From the NCBI GenBank assembly GCA_951406725.2, contig OX597816.1:133858001-133922000 (forward strand): 64,000 nucleotides of DNA, in the 5' to 3' direction. The stretch is from Octopus vulgaris (Eukaryota). Position 1 is the stretch's first letter. Every line of letters begins with the position of its first letter. Below are positions 62,501 to 64,000 of the stretch, one piece after another. The notes under the pieces were generated by a model. It saw only the letters and a program-made list of their open reading frames with translations, was not told the DNA's origin and did no database searches. Made by a program: the position numbers and the translations under genes.

Positions 62501-63698
62501 TGGGGAGGGAAAATGGTAATACTGCTTTAGGAAGCAAGGACTGAGTAAATGATTAGTTCAGGGTGTTGGTGGTTGAAACAGATTGGCTGACAACAGGAGA
62601 GATGTTAGCTGATATTCAACCAATTAGTTTCAGGAGTAGTGTGGTAAATATAGAAAGTAGGAGACATCTTTTTGACTCAACTGAAAGCAAGAAATATCTT
62701 TATATGTAACTTGAAAAAAACGTATGATGACTGTGTAAGAGTGCTGATATATCAGTGGAAGATGGCCTATGAATGCATAAAATGAACACTGATGGAACAG
62801 GAATGAGTGAAGTATGACCTAGTGTAAGCATAAGTGTAAAGCGACCAAGGAAATAATTACTTATTAGGAATAAGAAATTCATGAGACATATCAGATTGTG
62901 TGACTGTGATTGCTTGAGCAGACCTGTTGCATGGAGTAACAATGTAGTCAATTAGAATTTTAAAACTGTAACCCAGGGACTAAGCAGATAAGATCAGTTA
63001 GGGTCAAATTTCAAAATATGATCAACATTCAAGTCACATCTATGATTTAAAAAAAAAAAGGTTTTTAAACATGTTTAAAGATTTGAAATATGAGAACATA
63101 TTAACAAAAGGAGTTTCTAGAGAAATAATCTAGAGCTGGCAGAAAAATTAGCACGTCGGGCGAAATGCTTAGTGGTATTTCATCTGCTGCTACATTCTGA
63201 GTTAAAATTCTGCCAAGGTCAACTTCGCCTTTCATCCTTTCAGGGTCAATAAATTAAGTACCAGTTATGCACTGGGGTCGATGCAATCGACTTAATCCCT
63301 TTGTCTGTCCTTGTTTATCCCCTCTATGTTTAGCCCCTTGTGGGCAATAAAGAAATAAGAAATATCTATGTTGAGCAGATTGAGTGACGCAGAAAATATC
63401 TTGCTGGCCTGAGCTCAAATGTTCTGTAGTAAAATGGTGACAGTAGTCTGAGAAGATTTAAAAACAAATAAGATAATTGAAGAAGTGGTATTCAAGTTTG
63501 GAAAAGTAAAACAAATGGAATTAAAAACTTAATATAAACAGAGTTCATAACAATTTTAGCAGTTTAAATTTAGATTTTTAGTTTCGATTAAAGAATAATA
63601 ATAAAACATACTTTGACAGTAGCTGCTAATCTGTTTGGTTTTAAATCAGGATCCACCATGGCTTCAGACATATCAATAATCAGAAACAAATGACGCAT
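43150..63698 (-). CDS. GTF2H2: General transcription factor IIH subunit 2 (p44/Ssl1), 12 coding exons in window, 5' part outside window
   Basis: Hand-spliced exons give [24 protein letters not shown]...[13 protein letters not shown]...GEPSLQNS...[19 protein letters not shown]...[12 protein letters not shown]...LIRMGFP...[38 protein letters not shown]...FCYGC...[23 protein letters not shown]. This is the vWA + C4 zinc finger + C-terminal RING-like architecture of p44. All junctions are GT-AG and in phase; total 1041 nt. Confidence 0.97.
43350..44180. mobile_element. Two old RTE 3'-end copies in opposite orientation
   Basis: Minus-type copy from about 43350 and plus-type copy ending GGACATTAAGGGATGATGATGAT at about 44180. 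Confidence 0.65.
45435..45474 (-). CDS. GTF2H2: GTF2H2 exon (40 nt): [13 protein letters not shown]
   Basis: TTTCAG acceptor, GTGAGT donor, CYGC zinc-ligand pair. Confidence 0.93.
46100..47040 (-). mobile_element. Decayed R4/Dong-like non-LTR retrotransposon fragment
   Basis: Minus-strand remnants of a CRIC-type zinc knuckle region and upstream RT thumb; many stops. Confidence 0.5.
47711..47980 (+). mobile_element. R4/Dong-like element 3' end within a (TAA)n tract
   Basis: Encodes IVGSLGTV...[21 protein letters not shown]; (TAA)n on both sides. Confidence 0.8.
47987..48095 (-). CDS. GTF2H2: GTF2H2 exon (109 nt): (A)[35 protein letters not shown](Q)
   Basis: TTTTCAG acceptor, GTAAGT donor, [12 protein letters not shown] motif. 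Confidence 0.96.
48511..48614 (-). CDS. GTF2H2: GTF2H2 exon (104 nt): [34 protein letters not shown]
   Basis: CCTTTAG acceptor, GTCAGT donor, C4 zinc finger. Confidence 0.96.
49365..50335. mobile_element. Two old RTE 3'-end copies in opposite orientation (about 49365-49550 minus, 50035-50335 plus)
   Basis: Shared GGCTGGATGCCCTTC / GAAGGGCATCCAGCC core; PRKTWD-like codons near 50037. Confidence 0.7.
50579..50642 (-). CDS. GTF2H2: GTF2H2 exon (64 nt): (G)[20 protein letters not shown](C)
   Basis: TATAG acceptor, GTAAGT donor, GFP...PSMCMCH motif. Confidence 0.93.
50775..53064 (-). mobile_element. 5'-truncated RTE-clade LINE with uninterrupted RT ORF, 3'UTR and (GAT)n tail, inside a GTF2H2 intron
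   Basis: ORF 51369..53180 contains [53 protein letters not shown] and the C-terminal RGRPRKTW; tail appears as (CAT)n on the + strand near 50775-50790. Confidence 0.95.
53837..53867 (-). CDS. GTF2H2: GTF2H2 small exon (31 nt): [10 protein letters not shown](G)
   Basis: TTTTCAG acceptor, GTAAAA donor, SLIRMG motif; required to keep phase. Confidence 0.92.
54681..54757 (-). CDS. GTF2H2: GTF2H2 exon (77 nt): (G)[25 protein letters not shown]
   Basis: TTTAG acceptor, GTAAGT donor, LDESH and PPPA motifs. Confidence 0.95.
55208..55295 (-). CDS. GTF2H2: GTF2H2 exon (88 nt): [29 protein letters not shown](G)
   Basis: GCAG acceptor, GTAAAT donor, SVIGLSAEV motif. Confidence 0.96.
56072..56162 (-). 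CDS. GTF2H2: GTF2H2 exon (91 nt): [30 protein letters not shown]
   Basis: TTTTCAG acceptor, GTATGT donor, SRE...SLTTCDP motif. Confidence 0.96.
56520..56833 (+). mobile_element. RTE 3'UTR copy
   Basis: Ends CATGCTAGCATGGAAAGCGGACATTAAACGATGATGATGAT. Confidence 0.85.
57502..58150. mobile_element. piggyBac-type MITE, same family, split by an RTE 3'UTR insertion
   Basis: TTAACCCTTTGGCA ... TGCTAAATGGTTAA; shares the CAGGTAGAAT internal motif. Confidence 0.8.
57630..58050 (+). mobile_element. RTE 3'UTR copy inserted in a piggyBac-type MITE
   Basis: Reverse complement of about 50790-51150 with (GAT)n tail. Confidence 0.88.
58221..58326 (-). CDS. GTF2H2: GTF2H2 exon (106 nt): (G)[34 protein letters not shown](K)
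   Basis: CAG acceptor, GTAAAT donor, GEPSLQN motif, phase 1 to 2. Confidence 0.95.
58385..58550. mobile_element. piggyBac-type MITE, same family
   Basis: TTAAACCCTTTAGCAT ... ATGCTAAATGGTTAA. Confidence 0.8.
58619..59016 (-). mobile_element. Non-autonomous Helitron, near-identical reverse complement of 34822-35218
   Basis: A|CTAG...CCCGGCGTTGCTCGGG ... TATATAAAGA|T. Confidence 0.85.
59405..59609. mobile_element. Tc1/mariner-type MITE
   Basis: TA|CAGGGTGGGCCAAAAGTCACA ... TGTGACTTTTGGCCCATCATG|TA. Confidence 0.85.
59732..61720. mobile_element. Penelope-like element in inverted arrangement (minus copy about 59732-60290, plus copy about 60315-61720) with GIY-YIG remnant
   Basis: [49 protein letters not shown] at 60548-60700; the left segment is the reverse complement of the right copy's 3' part; hammerhead-core remnants in both. 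Confidence 0.88.
60744..61288 (+). mobile_element. Helitron-type element nested in the Penelope ORF, itself containing RTE-tail and SINE pieces
   Basis: A|TCTATATATATAAAG start, CTCGAGCAAGGTCGG hairpin remnant and CTAA|T end. Confidence 0.72.
61761..61866 (-). CDS. GTF2H2: GTF2H2 exon (106 nt): [35 protein letters not shown](G)
   Basis: TTCTTCAG acceptor, GTTTGT donor, conserved DQNPISQ motif. Confidence 0.95.
62400..62900 (-). mobile_element. Possible very old Penelope-like GIY-YIG fragment
   Basis: Scattered residues (GP..HSYTV, ISC, PVVS) in the order expected for a PLE endonuclease; no clean frame. Confidence 0.3.
63612..63698 (-). CDS. GTF2H2: GTF2H2 exon (87 nt): [29 protein letters not shown]
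   Basis: Poly-T/CAG acceptor, GTATGT donor, start of the vWA domain. Confidence 0.96.
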
Positions 63699-64000
63699 CT
63701 GCAAAAAAAAAAAAAAAAAATTTATCTTTTACTTTTTACTCACTTCAGTCATTAGACTGCGGTCATGCTGCGGAACTGCCCTGAAGAACTTTTACTTGAA
63801 TATATCATCCCCAGTACTTGCTTCTTTCAGTTTCTGTCCACCAAATCTACTCACAGGACCAAAGTTTTGGTTGGCTGAAGACTATAGTAGAAGACACTTG
63901 TTCAAGGTGACATGCAATAAGACTGAACCCAGAACCATGCAGTTGGGAAGCAAGCTTCTTACCACACAGCCATGCCTGAAAAAATATTCTTTTAAAAACA

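Overview
AT-rich, repeat-dense animal genomic DNA. The SINE, LINE and Penelope repertoire is of the kind I associate with Octopus or coleoid cephalopods; this is inference, not shown by the sequence. The one firm host gene is GTF2H2 (TFIIH p44/Ssl1) on the minus strand. I traced 12 coding exons by hand from 63698 down to the stop codon at 43150. All have GT-AG boundaries and consistent phases, giving 1041 nt (346 aa plus stop); the N-terminal exons lie beyond the right edge. A CpG-enriched patch at about 1050-2600 with a minus-strand donor looks like the promoter or first exon of a second gene running off the left edge. The rest is transposon-derived: RTE LINEs (one with an uninterrupted RT frame carrying an internal PHD-type finger), CR1 and R4/Dong fragments, Penelope-like elements with GIY-YIG remnants, mariner, piggyBac, hAT and Tigger relics, non-autonomous Helitrons and at least three tRNA-derived SINE families. 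I found no clearly new protein-coding system. The best leads are RNA-level: an apparently intact minimal hammerhead ribozyme, a Penelope terminal repeat pairing Pol III boxes with a hammerhead core, long foldbacks, and inverted RTE 3'UTR copies bracketing GTF2H2 exons. Repeat boundaries are approximate and no databases were searched.
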